NCBI RefSeq assembly: GCF_001194135.2
Contig: NC_068988.1
Coordinates: forward strand, 83,915,240 to 83,979,239
From: Octopus bimaculoides
Taxonomy: Eukaryota
Direction of reading: 5' to 3'
Length of the DNA stretch: 64,000 nucleotides
The notes under the pieces were generated by a model. The model was not told the origin of the DNA. It searched no databases and saw only the letters and a program-made list of their open reading frames with translations. Shown one piece after another: positions 24,620 to 37,674 of this stretch (positions are counted from its first letter, which is position 1; every line of letters starts with the position of its first letter). The position numbers and the translations under genes were made by a program.

Positions 24620-25074
24620 TGCTTCAACACATAAATTCACATAAAGAGTCTTGCAAATAAGATACAAAAATGAAGGGAAGTAATTAAATTACATTTTTGG
24701 GACTAATGATATTGAATTTTAAGTTGAATCTATTTAAAATAATTAATTATATAAAAACAGAAAGGTAAACATAATTAACTATTTATAAACAGGAAGATAA
24801 AAATAAGTCAAAACTAAATAATTAAATAAATTGGTGGATTAAAAAGTAACTTCATTTTTATTATTGTCTTTAAATAATTAAGAGTCTGGTGTCAGTTAGC
24901 TAAGGATAATTGTTTAATGATTAAATTCAAGTAAGTTTCATCCATTAGTATTTAAACAGGCCATATCTGGCCCAAATATTCTACATGTTTTATGTTCAAA
25001 CCCTACTAAAACGTAATAATTGCCTCATTAAAATCTCAAAGCTACAAGATAGTGCAAGATTAATTCAAAATATA

Positions 25075-25445
25075 GGTGCAGGCATGGCTGTGTGGTAAGA
25101 AGCTTGCTTCCCAACCACATGGTTCCGGGTTCAATCCCACTGTGTGGCAACTTGGGCAAGTGTCTTCTACTATAGCATCGGGCTGACCAAAGTGTTGTGA
25201 GTGGATTTAGTAGACGGAAACTGAAAGAAGCCTGTTGTATATATATCTATGTGTGTTTGTGTCCGTGTTTGTCCTTCACTCGACAACTGGTGTTGGTGTG
25301 TTTACCTCACCATAACTTAGTGGTTCAGCAAAAAAGACAGATAAAATAAGTACTATGCTTAAGAAATAACTCCTGGGGTTAATCCCTTTAAAGTGGTGCT
25401 CCAGCATGGCCACAGTCAAATGATTGAAACAAGTAAAAGAATAAA
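25075..25445 (+). mobile_element. tRNA-derived SINE family B (CORE-like block); partial copies near 23810, 27000, 31360, 33740
   Basis: TGGCTGTGTGGTAAGAAGCTTGCTTCCCAACCACATGGTTCCGGGTTCAATCCC then CTTGGGCAAGTGTCTTCTAC. Confidence 0.8.
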
Positions 25446-26489
25446 ATAAGAATTACTTTTGACAATAATGTGAATGCTAAAGGGTTAAATTAGATATCAG
25501 GTGAAAGAAAAAAGAGAACATTAAAAATTCTTATTTCAGTGAATTAATCATATTTCCAAGAGACTAGAATAAGATATAAACTTTAAATTCTTACAGCATA
25601 CATCCTTCTGAATTGAAAGCTTCTGACCTAGTTGATAGGGATGTTTGGCTCATGAGCATAAGTTTGTAGGTCCTCTTCCCAGGCTTGTTGACTCACTGGT
25701 TCTTGAGCAAGGCAATATATTTTACATTGCTTCAATCTACTTAGTTGCTATGTATACCAGTTGGGTACTGGTGTGGCCCATTCACCATGCAGCTGTGACA
25801 TCTTAGCTGTTCCTACTGAGCTTGATGAGCTTCAGGGATGACTACATAGGCCCCTAAATTAGCAAAAGCATGGCACATGTTACTGAGCCAACAAACTGTA
25901 TCTAATAATGTATAACCTGATATTTTTGTTAGCCAGGTGATGCTGGTGATGTGGTTATTACAATATTATGAGGTAATATCTATCCCCACTTAAATGTGGA
26001 ATTTTCTGTTAGAACAAACTATATTGTGGTAGTTACATTACATCATACAAGCATACACACACACATTACCATCATCCACTTTTCCATGCTTGCATGGATC
26101 ATACTGAATTTATTGAGTCAGATAAACTATGGCCAGATGCCCTTCCTGTCGCAAACCCTCGCCACTTCCATCTTGGTCAAACATATATTCCTGCAAGACT
26201 AGAAACAAATACACTGCCTCTATGACTGATACTTACAGCTATCACATGATATCAAGACAAGGAGACAAACACACACACACACGTATATATGTTATGATGT
26301 GGTGTTTTCTACATCTATAATGTGTGACTACTGTTGTGATTGTAGCTGTTGTATCTACTCTAGTAGCCATGATATTTTCTTGGTATCGGATACAGTGTAT
26401 CTCTTCTATACCAGAATGGTAATACACCACTTCGTCACATTGTGCTATTGCTGATAGCTCTGCAAGACACCAACTTTAAACTACCTGCT

Positions 26490-26776
26490 ATCATCATCAT
26501 CATCATCGTTTAACGTCCGCTTTCCATGCTAGCATGGGTTGGACGATTTGACTGAGGACTGGTGAAACCGGATGGCAACACCAGGCTCCAATCCAATTTG
26601 GCAGAGTTTCTACAGCTGGATGCCCTTCCAAACGCCAACCACTCAGAGAGTGTAGTGGGAGCTTTTACGTGTCACCCGCACGAAGGCCAGTCAGGCGGTA
26701 CTGGCAATGGCCACGCTCAAAATGGTGTCTTTTATGTGCCACCTGCACAAGAGCCAGTCCAGGGGCACTGGCAACG
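26490..26776 (-). mobile_element. (ATG)n-tailed short retroposon family D. Other copies about 3495-3664, 21150-21340, 23350-23600, 35335-35636, 50719-51000, 51920-52130
   Basis: + strand (CAT)n-CGTTTAACGTCCGCTTTCCATGCTAGCATGGGTTGGACG..CAGCTGGATGCCCTTCC.AACGCCAACCACT recurs; near-identical at 3495 and 26490. Confidence 0.8.
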
Positions 26777-27362
26777 AACATATAACTTACACTTAACTCC
26801 AACAGAACTTGTACAACTCTACAATGATTGACATACGACTCTCTGTACTGGTTGACATCGTCTTACTTTATGGTGGCTGGATCATACTACTTGTCCCATG
26901 GTGGGGGGGTTACCATTTCCACTACAATATACATACATATATATATATATTTACATCCATATGCACATGCAATGACACACGTGCATACACACATACTCCC
27001 AAATCCACTCACAGGCTTTTATTGATCTGAAGCCCAAGTCACTTGTCCAAAGTGCCATGCAGTGGGGCGGAACACAAGACTATATGATTGAGAAACAAGC
27101 TTCTGAATCATGCAGTCATATCTGCACCTGCTCTCTCTTTCTTTATGTGTGTGTGTACTTGTTTACATTGAAGTTGATGTAATTCTGAGTGGATTACAAA
27201 ACATCTGTAACCTCTACAGAAATATTAAAATTCTTATTTTTCTTTTCTCTTACCTTACCTTGTTTTATTTGCCTACACACACATATATGTATGTATATTA
27301 TCTCTTTCTCTTTGTGTGTGTGTGTGAATATATGTATGTATAATTTTCTATCTTTTTTTTAG

Positions 27363-27554
27363 TAATATCAAGTTGGATCCTGAAAAGAATTTATCATTCT
27401 TGGTGAAGAATACACAAAATCTTGGAGAATTAGTTGAGCTGAAACTGAAATGGAAATATGAGAAAAATTTGTTTAAACCTTGGACTTGGATTAGCAATCC
27501 TCCTAAGAGTATCTTAGTTTTCAAACTTGCAGTCACAGATGAGAAGGCAGTCCA
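27363..27554 (+). CDS. Pancreatic lipase-related protein, PLAT domain exon
   Basis: ttttAG|...|GTaagt; (D)NIKLDPEKNLSFLVKNTQNLGELVELKLKWKYEKNLFKPWTWISNPPKSILVFKLAVTDEKAV; 192 nt. Confidence 0.9.
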
Positions 27555-28647
27555 GTAAGTGGTGACCTTTCGCTTGAGATTTTTGTAATTTATTTGTGAC
27601 TACAGTTGGAAAAGCTGACATTGTTGATGTCATAATTATTGTTAGTTTAGAACACAGATTATAGTCTTCAAATGAAGGTCTGGTATATGGTCTGTACCAA
27701 GTTATAGACAATCCCTTATCATTCCTATTGTCAGAAATATACTGATTCTCCAATTGGAAACATGTAAACAATGACACAAAATAAATGTTCAGATGTTTAC
27801 AACAAAAGATATACGAAGGATATACCACAAAATGAATATAGTGTTCACCATAAAATAATCAAATTGCATACCCTGCAATAAACCACCATCTGTTGATACA
27901 GACAGTATTGTATTTCACTTAACTAAGACACAAAATATTAGGAGCAATGGCTCTGTGGACTACACCAAGTCATTTGACCAACTATCAACATGTCACAGGT
28001 CTGACATGTAACAATGTAACAACATAAACCAGTAATATCCTTGGGTTGAAACAAGTTATTATACACTTTATTTGCTCAAAGGATATTTCATGATGTGACA
28101 TGGTACAAATTACCCAGCAGCAGTGAAAGTTGTTTAGTCCTAGTCTTTGATCCAACTGACCGACTATCAAATATGCTCCAGATGTAATAATCCTGTCTTT
28201 TAATCAATATACCCTTTATTTTAATCTAAAATGCCAGTGCAAGGTTCGAGGGGTTGATATTACGAGCAGATTGACTGATCAACTAGAAGTTTCTTTGTGG
28301 GCACATATTAGTGATAATACTAGAGTTATTGTTTAGCTCCCAGTCAATTCTCACCAAGCAGACCCATAATCAAACATGTTCCAACAATGACCACCCCCAC
28401 GATTTAAACCAGACACAGATCATGCAGAACTATATTACCCAATATGCTTTTCCTTTTCCAAGAATGTGGTGTTTGATTTGAGGTAGATTTAGCTGCTATT
28501 TCTAGCAGCTTGTGTGGGTACATACTGGCTTTCTTGCTGATGTCCACCTAGTTAGACTGTGGCAATGCTTAGTTGTAAACGCTGTAAAACATTGTGGATT
28601 CTGTCTTTTTGTTTAAGAGCTTAATTTCTCTTGATTTTTATTTACAG

Positions 28648-28726
28648 GAAAACGTTTTGTCATACATTGTACACCGACATCAAACATGATTACCTACAAT
28701 CCTTCAAACTAAGCAAGAGTTGCTGA
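28648..28726 (+). CDS. Pancreatic lipase-related protein, last coding exon
   Basis: tttacAG|; (Q)KTFCHTLYTDIKHDYLQSFKLSKSC*; keeps the C-terminal Cys pair typical of the family; the 8 exons total 981 nt = 326 aa + TGA. Confidence 0.9.
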
Positions 28727-28896
28727 TAAATATGTGAAAGATAATTGAATCAACGTTGTTTTATAAATATATTGTATCAACATCTCAAGCTTAAATTTTA
28801 AAATAACATTTTCAGATAAACTTTGTTTAAATTTGTTATGATGCACATCATAATTTCATACTGCTTTGCAGAAAAAAATTATTTTCTAAATGGTAC

Positions 28897-28902
28897 AATA
28901 AA
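28897..28902 (+). promoter_or_regulatory. Candidate poly(A) signal of the lipase gene
   Basis: AATAAA about 170 nt after the stop codon, followed by U/GU-rich sequence. Confidence 0.5.
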
Positions 28903-29099
28903 TGATTGTTTATGTAAATGTGGTTATTTATTTCCTGTTTATACTAATGAATTATTCATTACACATTGAAAAGAAATTAGCTTTCTTTGCACATTTGTGT
29001 AAATATATTTTTATAATTTTTATACCCATTAATACATCATTATCATCATTTTAATGGCTACTTTTCCATGCTTGCATGGCTTAAATGAAATTTGTTAAG

Positions 29100-29480
29100 G
29101 CAGATTTTGTTAGCCTTTTATTATTGGTCTTTGATACAAATAAACATTTTATTTGCTTTTGATATATTTGTATCATTAGCATAGAAAGTAAAAATGGCAG
29201 TTTGTATAACCAAAAACGTCTGCAGGAGCTTAACATAAAAAGTAATAACTCCAAAGCAGTTTCTTGAGGTATTCCACTCAAAATTATTCAATCTTTTGAA
29301 AGGGTATCATTTACTGTTGCAACAGATTAATTTCCGTCTCTTATTAAAAGTCATAGCACTATTCTCCTTATTTTCCAATTCTGCAAAAATCATACAATTT
29401 GTGATGTATCATTTTCCATGCTCAACTTTGTCAAAAGCCTTCACAAATTTGAGACAAACCATATCTACACTTGACCAATA
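29100..29480 (-). mobile_element. CR1-like RT remnant
   Basis: VDMVCLKFVKAFDKVEHG and SGIPQETALELLLF. Confidence 0.65.
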
Positions 29481-31663
29481 CTTTTGATCTCTGGCCTTTG
29501 GTGGTGGTGACATTGTTCCTTTCTGTACCATTAGCAATCCCTCTTCTTGGTACCTCTTCCCTTGTTACCCATTCTATACTGCCAACATCATATCTTGCCA
29601 CTATGTCCACTGAATGCCCTTTCCCTCTGAGCATATCTTCCACCAACCCAATTGCTGATGTACCATATATACTCGTGGATAGGTCACAACCTTAGTTGTC
29701 AAAGTAGGTATTTGCAGTTGACTCTCAGATAAGTTACCCTATAATCTGAAGAGTTACATAGCTCTCTTTGACTTCTTAAATATAACTAATATTGTCAAAT
29801 ATTCACCTTTATTTCAAAACTTTGCTTACAAATATTAACATTTTTGTGGAAGTGATTTTATGAAAGTAGTAGAATTGATAAGAAAAAAAAAACAAGTACC
29901 AACTCAACAAAAATGTCAAGAATTACAAACAGAACAGAAAAAAGTGTTACATAAGAAAAATCTTTATTCATTTAGATATAGTTTTTAAACTCCATCAGGA
30001 TTGAAACTCAAAAGTTCTTCTTCTGGACTACTGATACGCTGCTGTTCAGATCCTTGTGATGTCAAGTGGCTAGGTCGCACTTTATTTTTATTGAGATTTT
30101 GGGTAAAAAAAATGTGACCTATCTGCAAGTATATATGGTAATTCACTATATCCACCTCTATGTACCTCTGACCGTCACCCAACATCTTCACATTTTATTT
30201 CTCATGTATCTAGATTTATTACACTGTTTTTCCCCTCTCCTTTCATGACCCACTGCTCTTTTCCTTACCTTCTCCCTAACAGACTCATTGTCCATGCTGC
30301 CATCAATGTTCACCATTCACTTCTCACACTCTTGAAAACATACCTACCCAACCAACCATCCTACACTCTCCGCTCTTATTCTGTCCACCTTGTACCTTGA
30401 GAGTACATCCTGACATATCACCTTTCTGTCCCTTTTCTGCTGGGATACCTATGTGTCTCCTCTACAAGACATTTGTTCCTCTTCCTGTCGTACTTGAACC
30501 TCTCATCATCTGGTATAAAGCCACTCTCCTCAATACTGCACCCCCTCACTGCCAAAGAGTCTTGCCTTATAAGTTACTTGGTGACCCCACTAGTGCTGGT
30601 ACCATGGAAGAAAGGACACCCAGTACACTTTGTAAAGTGGCTGGTTTTATGACTAGCATCTAGCCCAAGAAACCAAGCCAAAGCAGACACTGGAGACCAA
30701 AGTAGCTCTCAGGCTATCTTGTTGAACCACCGAACCAATGCCAGCATTGAACACAAATGTTAAAGAAGATGATGATGATTGATTTCTTGTTTGACCTTAG
30801 CACAATTTCTCATTTGATTCCTCCTATTATTGCTACAACTAACAATGGTCATCATTTAACATCCATTTTTCATGTTGGCATGGGTTGGGGTTTTGGAAGA
30901 ATTTTTTTCATCTTATTCACAGCTGAATTGATTGATTATGGTACTTATAGTGTCCTTGTGGGGTACATCACAATTAATCATAAGGCAGTTTTCATCAAAA
31001 TGCTCAAAAGTTCATATATATATATTATGAATTATTTGGAACTATGATGTTAATTCTATGCAGTGAAAAAATAACCTCCAATTCCAAAAAAGAAACTATG
31101 AATAATCTCACTGCACATATACACACATTATTATTTTAACCTTTAGTTTTCCAGCCTTGAATTTGTCAAGGCAAATTTTTGATGGTCAAATGCTTTTCCC
31201 ATTGCTCATCCTCACCCGTTTCCAAACAAGCTAATATTTCTCTTAGTCTCAACACGTTTTCACAAAAGACTACAAGCAAGCACCACTGCTTGTATGTTGG
31301 TGTTGCTTATTTATAACATCTGCATGATATCGAGGCAAGTAGACAGTCATAAACACATATATATGATGGGTTTCTTTTCAGTTTCCATCTACCAAATTCA
31401 CTCCCTCAGCTTTTGTTGGCCTAGAGCAGTAAATAAGACACTTAACTGAACTTGGAACCATGCATGTAGTTGGAAAGCAAACTTCTTAACTACACAGTCA
31501 GCCAAGCAGTGAATAAAAAGAAAATCTACATAATCAAATTTTTGATGAACGTGTCTTTTGGTGTTAGAAGCAAAATGCTTTTCAAAGAGAAAGCACCACA
31601 CTCACATACACACATCTGAAAATTGAAAATAAGCCAAAGATTTTATTCATTTTTTTTTATAAT

Positions 31664-31674
31664 TTTATTTTATT
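31664..31674 (-). promoter_or_regulatory. COX5B: Candidate poly(A) signals of COX5B
   Basis: Two overlapping AATAAA on the - strand about 110 nt after the stop. Confidence 0.5.
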
Positions 31675-31781
31675 AATGGCTTAAATTAACAAAATGGAAA
31701 CTGTTAAAAAGGGAAAATAATATTGACTGAATATAGTTCTATGTCAGCTCTGTAATGTTTCCTACTGTCTGCATACATTTA

Positions 31782-31894
31782 TCAATACTCAATAGGCTTC
31801 ATTTCTGATAATTTAAACCAATACCCACATTGACATCGTTTCGGCTCTCCCTTGTACAGATGCATCCAATGTATAACTAATGATTCCTCTTCAC
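31782..31894 (-). CDS. COX5B: Cytochrome c oxidase subunit 5B, exon 4
   Basis: tttcAG|; EEESLVIHWMHLYKGEPKRCQCGYWFKLSEMKPIEY*; Zn ligands CIC...CQC; CDS total 423 nt = 140 aa + stop. Confidence 0.95.
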
Positions 31895-32522
31895 CTGAAA
31901 TGATAATGGAATATATTTTAGTGTGAAAGAGAGAGACAACAGCTGAATATTGTATACCAGAGTCTGTCAAACAGCAGAAATGTAGCATACGGAGGGAGTG
32001 TAATGCCATATGTTAAAGCAGTAAGCGTAGTGAATGAGGAAGATCTGTCAAGGCTAATGAGAAAAAAAGGAAAACGTGTTGTATATGAAATGTTAACTTG
32101 TATGGGAAGTAGAGCTCAAGTGATCTGATAGATAGCTAGTGTCTGAGAGTATTAAAAGCCTGAGAAGAAGTGCATAGGATTGATGACAATTGGTATAGGA
32201 TATTCAACGTGACTGGCCAATGAGTGATGAATGAATGAAAAATATAGCATTTATTAAAGCAATACATGACTAGATAGTAGGTGTGTAGTGACAACAGGTC
32301 TACTGCTGTCTCCACACACCTAATAAGAGTCAAACAGTAGTGATTTTTCACCATAGATTGTTACTACTGCCTTAACCTTTGTTGCCAGGTATCGTGTGAA
32401 TGGTCGAGTGTGTGTATGTACATATTGATAAATAAAGGTATACATGCACACACATGCACATTTGTCCAGAGAGGGATGCATATTCCATTAATTTTAAAAT
32501 CCTTTACATGAAACATATAGAG

Positions 32523-32685
32523 TAGTGTTTCTCAATCTTTTTATGCCATGTCCAACTTTGATATTCAAAAAACAAATGTACCTCATCATGAACCGACAAA
32601 GTAGATTTGTATACAAGTTTTATTTATTTGTCCCTTACTTATGCACCAAACTGAAGTAATTCATGTCCTACTTAGAGAAATATTG
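32523..32685. mobile_element. hAT/Charlie-type MITE
   Basis: Degenerate TIRs TAGTGTTTCTC / GAGAAATATTG; 8-bp TSD ATATAGAG (32515-32522 and 32686-32693). Confidence 0.7.
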
Positions 32686-32800
32686 ATATAGAGGGTAATT
32701 CTGTTAAACACCATATCTGTACCTACCTATGTGTGCATTTGTGTATGTATGTATGTGTGCATTTGTGTATGTATGTATGTTTTTCTCCTTGTCTCCGTAT

Positions 32801-32837
32801 TCTTTCTGTTGAAGAGCGTAGCTCGAAACGTCAAAGA
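32801..32837 (+). ncRNA. Minimal type I hammerhead ribozyme motif in a Penelope-type terminal fragment
   Basis: Stem I TCTTT/AAAGA; core CTGTTGA; stem II GAGC(GTA)GCTC; GAAA; palindromic ACGT in place of stem III; GUC cleavage triplet (cut after 32832). Confidence 0.7.
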
Positions 32838-35040
32838 CTTTCCGTATTCCCGAGCGTCATACTAATATATCCTTTTGTTATTTACACCTCCTGTCCTCGT
32901 CTGTTGTTATTATTTGTATATTCTCCCATATATATATATATATATATAGTTATAATAATAATAATAATAATCCTTGCATGGAATTTATAAATATTCTAAT
33001 GCATCGCTATGTGCGTTTCCACAAATTACATATTTCTTAAGATTATAGTCTGTATTCCTAGGATGATTATAGTGTAGTCCATGGTATTCATGGACATCAT
33101 GTAGATCATGTTCATGCATTTAAATCATCCCAGGAATACAAACTATGATCTTAAGAAACATGTAATTTGTAGAAATGCACATTACGCATTAAAATATTTT
33201 TAAGTTCCATCTAAGGATTATTATTGTTATTACTACATTTATCCTACATAATATCAGCACAGCTTGGTGCAACCTCAAAAAACTGGTATCGCCAATTGGC
33301 ATCATTAGGCTGTAGCTAGCATAATAGAATAGGAGCTTTTATATGCATATTCAAAACATTTCCCATAAACGAACTTAAAGAATAAATATATATAGATACA
33401 CACACACACACAATGATCATTTAAGCTATTTTCCCATGAAGCATGGGCCAGTTAGTACAGTGAAGCAGTCTTTCTGTGTCAGGTGGCTTTCCTGTCACCA
33501 ACCCTCACTTGTTTTCAAGTGCAGTTATCTTCCAATCTATTGAACAGCTAACAGTCTGGACATGTTTTATGTGAGGAACTGAAAACAAACAACACTGCTT
33601 AAGGAGACTTTTGTTTGCAAAAATTGCACATGTTAAGACATGTGAGGAGGCCGTGATACCCTTTCATGGTGGACTGGGAGACAGCAATACAGGCAAGAAC
33701 CACCCACTATATATATATATATATATATATATGATGATGGGCTTTGTCAGTCTCTGTATACCAAATCCTTCACAGATACTTGCCCAAAGTGACATATAGT
33801 GGGACTGAACCCGAAATCACATGGTTGGAAGGCGGATTTCTGTACCATGTAGCCATTCTAGTTATGAGTATATGTGTGTGTGCCTATATATATAACTACC
33901 AATCTGAAACAGTAAAGAGCAACAGGTTCACTGACACGACTCAAACCATTTAACTATTGCTTACCAGGTAGTTGTATTACAGATTATGCTACCTTCCATC
34001 TCAATTTTTGGTGATATAAAGTATTACTGCTTTCTCAATTTTACTGCATTACCTCCTGTAAGTTATTTATCAGTTACTTAGCAATAGCAGGATAGTATGG
34101 CCTACTAATGTAAGTTCCGTGCCACAAACGGTGTTCCTGCTTTTCTGACTAGAAAATTAGGTAGGTAAATAAATGACAACATAAGGAGGGAGTAACATAC
34201 AGGAAGGAGGGAAACACTTGAGTATATCAGCCAGTGTTTGGAGGAAAGTATTTATAATATTTCAATCATCTCAGAAAAAGATAAAGGAAATACTGACTTT
34301 ATCCAAATTCAAATGTAAGACTTACAAGATTGTAATTAAATACCACAAGGTATTTAGTTGGACATTACTGATTTTGAAGCAACACTGTTAAACAAAAAAC
34401 ACAGTATTGCTGTTGAAATAATAAAGCTTCACTATGTATCAGAATGACTACATGTGTGAAAACAGTGGATTAGGGTTCTTTATGTAATACAGACAGAAAA
34501 TAATAGTGTGAAGATAACAGATTAGGTTTCATTATTTATAACTTTATATAAATAAATACTCACAGAATGAAAGTAAACATACTTTATTATTTCACAGCAA
34601 AGATTAGTTTGGGGGATTCAATGAGAATATGCGAGCTGAAACTGGAGCATCATGATTTCAAACCTATTTAACAAATTAACAAGAATACGTGGTGAATGTG
34701 CTCACACCAGCCTATATGCTTACATCAGATGTGTATTGTAATGTTTTACACAGACACAAAGTTGGTTTGTATATTTGGTTGTGTGTGTCCTGTAATTTCC
34801 TATTAATCACATACCATAATTCTTAACTTCAGCAACAAGACCGGCCATTATAAATTTGACACTTAGAAATTTTTTTACTAAAATGTTACACTTGTTAAAC
34901 TGGAGGGATAAACATTTTGGATTAAATTGGGTGGATTACCATTGATGAGAAAGCAAAGACTTTACCCACTGTTATAATTGTCAGTTAATTGAAACAATGC
35001 ATAATATGGAAAAAATAAATAATTAAAAAGCTTTACTTAC

Positions 35041-35140
35041 ATATACATCCAACAAGCCGCATATCAAATAGTGATGGTACAAGGTTGGGTTCACCAGAAG
35101 TCCCTTTTCCCCTTTTCTTCACATTCATTTCAAAAGGATC
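35041..35140 (-). CDS. COX5B: Cytochrome c oxidase subunit 5B, exon 3
   Basis: tttctAG|...|GTaag; DPFEMNVKKRGKGTSGEPNLVPSLFDMRLVGCI(C); 100 nt. Confidence 0.95.
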
Positions 35141-37411
35141 CTAGAAAGGAAAATGAGACAGATGCCAAATGTGTAGGCATGATACACATTGCTATAACTG
35201 ATTTCAGCCATATAGTTGTGACTATAACCTGAGGCAACATATATACAAACACATCACATACAAATTATATATTAGACAGTCACACAGTAATGTGAATCAC
35301 ATTATGCAATTACACACATACATGTATTATTACCATCATCGTTTAACGTCCGCTTTCCATGCTCGCATGGGTTGGACGGTTTGACTGAGGAGTTGCAAGC
35401 CAAGAGGTTGCACCAGGCTCCAACCTGACCTGACCTGGCAAGGCTTCTACAGCTGGATGCTCTTCCTAACGCCAACCACTCCGAGTGTAGTGAGTGCTAT
35501 TTATGTGTCACCAGCACGGAGGCCAGTCAGGCGGCACTGACATCGACCACACCCGAATGGTGCTTTTTACGTGCTAGTCAGGCAGTATTGGCATCGGCCA
35601 CAATTTCACTTGACTCAACAGGTCTTCTCAAGCACACGTATATTAGTATGTATTCACACACACACCTCTACATCTGCATAACATGTCACTTTTTGAGACA
35701 TGTTCCATGCCAAGTGATGGATACGTAGACATTAAGTTTTTCCCCTTGGCATAATATTTAACTGTGTATGTATATATACTTGAAAGATTAGGAGTTATAT
35801 TGAATTATTTCTCTCTTTTCAAATCCTACTGTTTTCATATAGATGTGTGTACATGTATGAGTGTATGTATGTAAGTGAAAATAAACCGGAAGCTTGTGAA
35901 TGTCCAAAGATAAGGACAAACTCAGATGGAAAGCCACAACTTGAGATTATAAACCTGAACATTAGATATTTACTCTAACAAAAGGTACTAAGTTTTTTTA
36001 ATTTGCCCATGTTTTACAATCTGTATACATATATATTTACATACATGTGTGTATGTATACTCACTTTTGGTGTGAACATTGCTTTAACTCTCTTATGAAT
36101 TCAGTAGTAAGAATTGTTTTATACAGTTCAAATAATTTTCAAAATAATAAAGGATTTGGGTGGGTTTAGTAAATATACCTATATATTATTTATTGGGATA
36201 TTAAGCTGTTTAGAATATCTTTGAAAGACGAGTGTTTACCAACTGAAAATCGTTATTGTTCATACAATTTTTGCAGACTCGTGTAACAGCAATTGTGGTT
36301 TTCTCACAATTAATTCCGGCATTTTTTTACTTTTCTTTTCAATTTATTATAAATCCTTTTCTAGAAACGCCAACAGTTGTAAGGCTATGATACGAAAATA
36401 CTGACAACATACAAGTTGAAAAGCTTGCTGCTAAAGCTAATATGAGCATCAGCAAGGGACATAACTCAGACAAAAATGAGTTCTAGTCCTTGATTCATAA
36501 TTTATTAAATCATTTATTTCGTATATTTATCTTTAAGTGTGATTGTATACGTTACAGTGACTCTAGGTTTGCTTTGATCTGTAATCAAACGCTTCCTGCT
36601 TTGAACGACTCCACACAGTTTTCAGGTAAAGTTACTATAAGTCATATGTCAGTGTGACCGTCTCGTTTTTATTATTATTATTCTGTGTCCTTCAATTTTT
36701 TTAGATGGCAGTGTAATTTGAAGGATATTTAGCTGTTATTTCTAGTAGGTACAGGTGCCTTCATTCATTGGCTGTGTGGCACAGGAGCTAATGTACTGAC
36801 CAAAATACACCACTCTGCTTACACTAGATTACCCGACTAGCAAAATCGGATCTTTCTGATTTGACGGGCACCACTTGTTTTCGTTAAGAAACACTTTCAA
36901 ACTTGGGATACTGGTAGAATGTGTCATATAAAACAACTTTTTCTCTTAGCCTTCTTAACAAAAATTTGTACATCGCAAGTTATTTCATGTTAAAGTTGTA
37001 TTTCTGTAATTTCAATCAATCACTGACATCTATTCAGCTGAATACAGTTACTGCTGTTTTTGTAAACAATAATTTTTCGCCGGTGTCAAGAGAGGGTTAG
37101 GGTTATGGTTATGAGTTATAGGGTTAGGGCTATGAGTGAGGTTATGGCAAAAGTAATCATAACCCTAACCCTAAAGCTAAAACCAGTACAAACGCACGAA
37201 CGATGTCATAAATAACAGTACCGCCGATAGTTGTTGTTGACAAACAACGGCACTAATTTTATTCAAGGGAAAAGATCCCATGACACCGTTAGAATATGTT
37301 GTTTACATTCTACGGCAGTAATTGTTTTCACCTCAATAGACGTCAGTGATTGGTTGAAATTACCGAAATACGACAATTTTTTACATGAAATAACTTCGAA
37401 TACAAACATTT

Positions 37412-37674
37412 TTACCATTATTTACATTATTTACATTTGACGGATATTTGTCCTCATCTTGTTTGTTGTTAACACAACGTTTCGGCTGATATACCCTCCA
37501 GCCTTCGTCAGGTGTCTTGGGGAAATTTCGAACCTGGGTTCTCATTCCTAACGATGTTACTATTATTATATTATTATTATTATTATTATTACTATTATTA
37601 ATCAGGTCGCTGCCGTGAATAGAACTCGGAACCTTGGGGTTAGTAGCCCGCGCTCTTAACCACTACGCCATATG
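37412..37674 (-). mobile_element. Composite short retroelement: tRNA-like Pol III head + (AAT)n + hammerhead + (TGTAAATAA)n tail
   Basis: A box TGGCGTAGTGG (37670-37660), anticodon-arm-like GGG-CTACTAA-CCC, B-box-like GAGTTCTATTC (37627-37617); interrupts one arm of a foldback element. Confidence 0.7.
37471..37516 (-). ncRNA. Minimal type I hammerhead ribozyme motif
   Basis: GACAC-CTGACGA-A-GGCTG(GAGGGTATAT)CAGCC-GAAA-CG-TT-GTGTT; stem I GACAC/GTGTT, 5-bp stem II, palindromic ACGT, GUU triplet. Confidence 0.8.

Noticed and set aside
37093-37175. Telomere or chromosome-fusion scar
   Set aside because: Repeats are few, degenerate and enclosed by the arms of a foldback element.
37605-37674. 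Possible tRNA gene (also SINE heads at about 14150-14207 and 25080-25140)
   Set aside because: No complete acceptor stem, degenerate B box, and each continues into repeat bodies; these are SINE heads.
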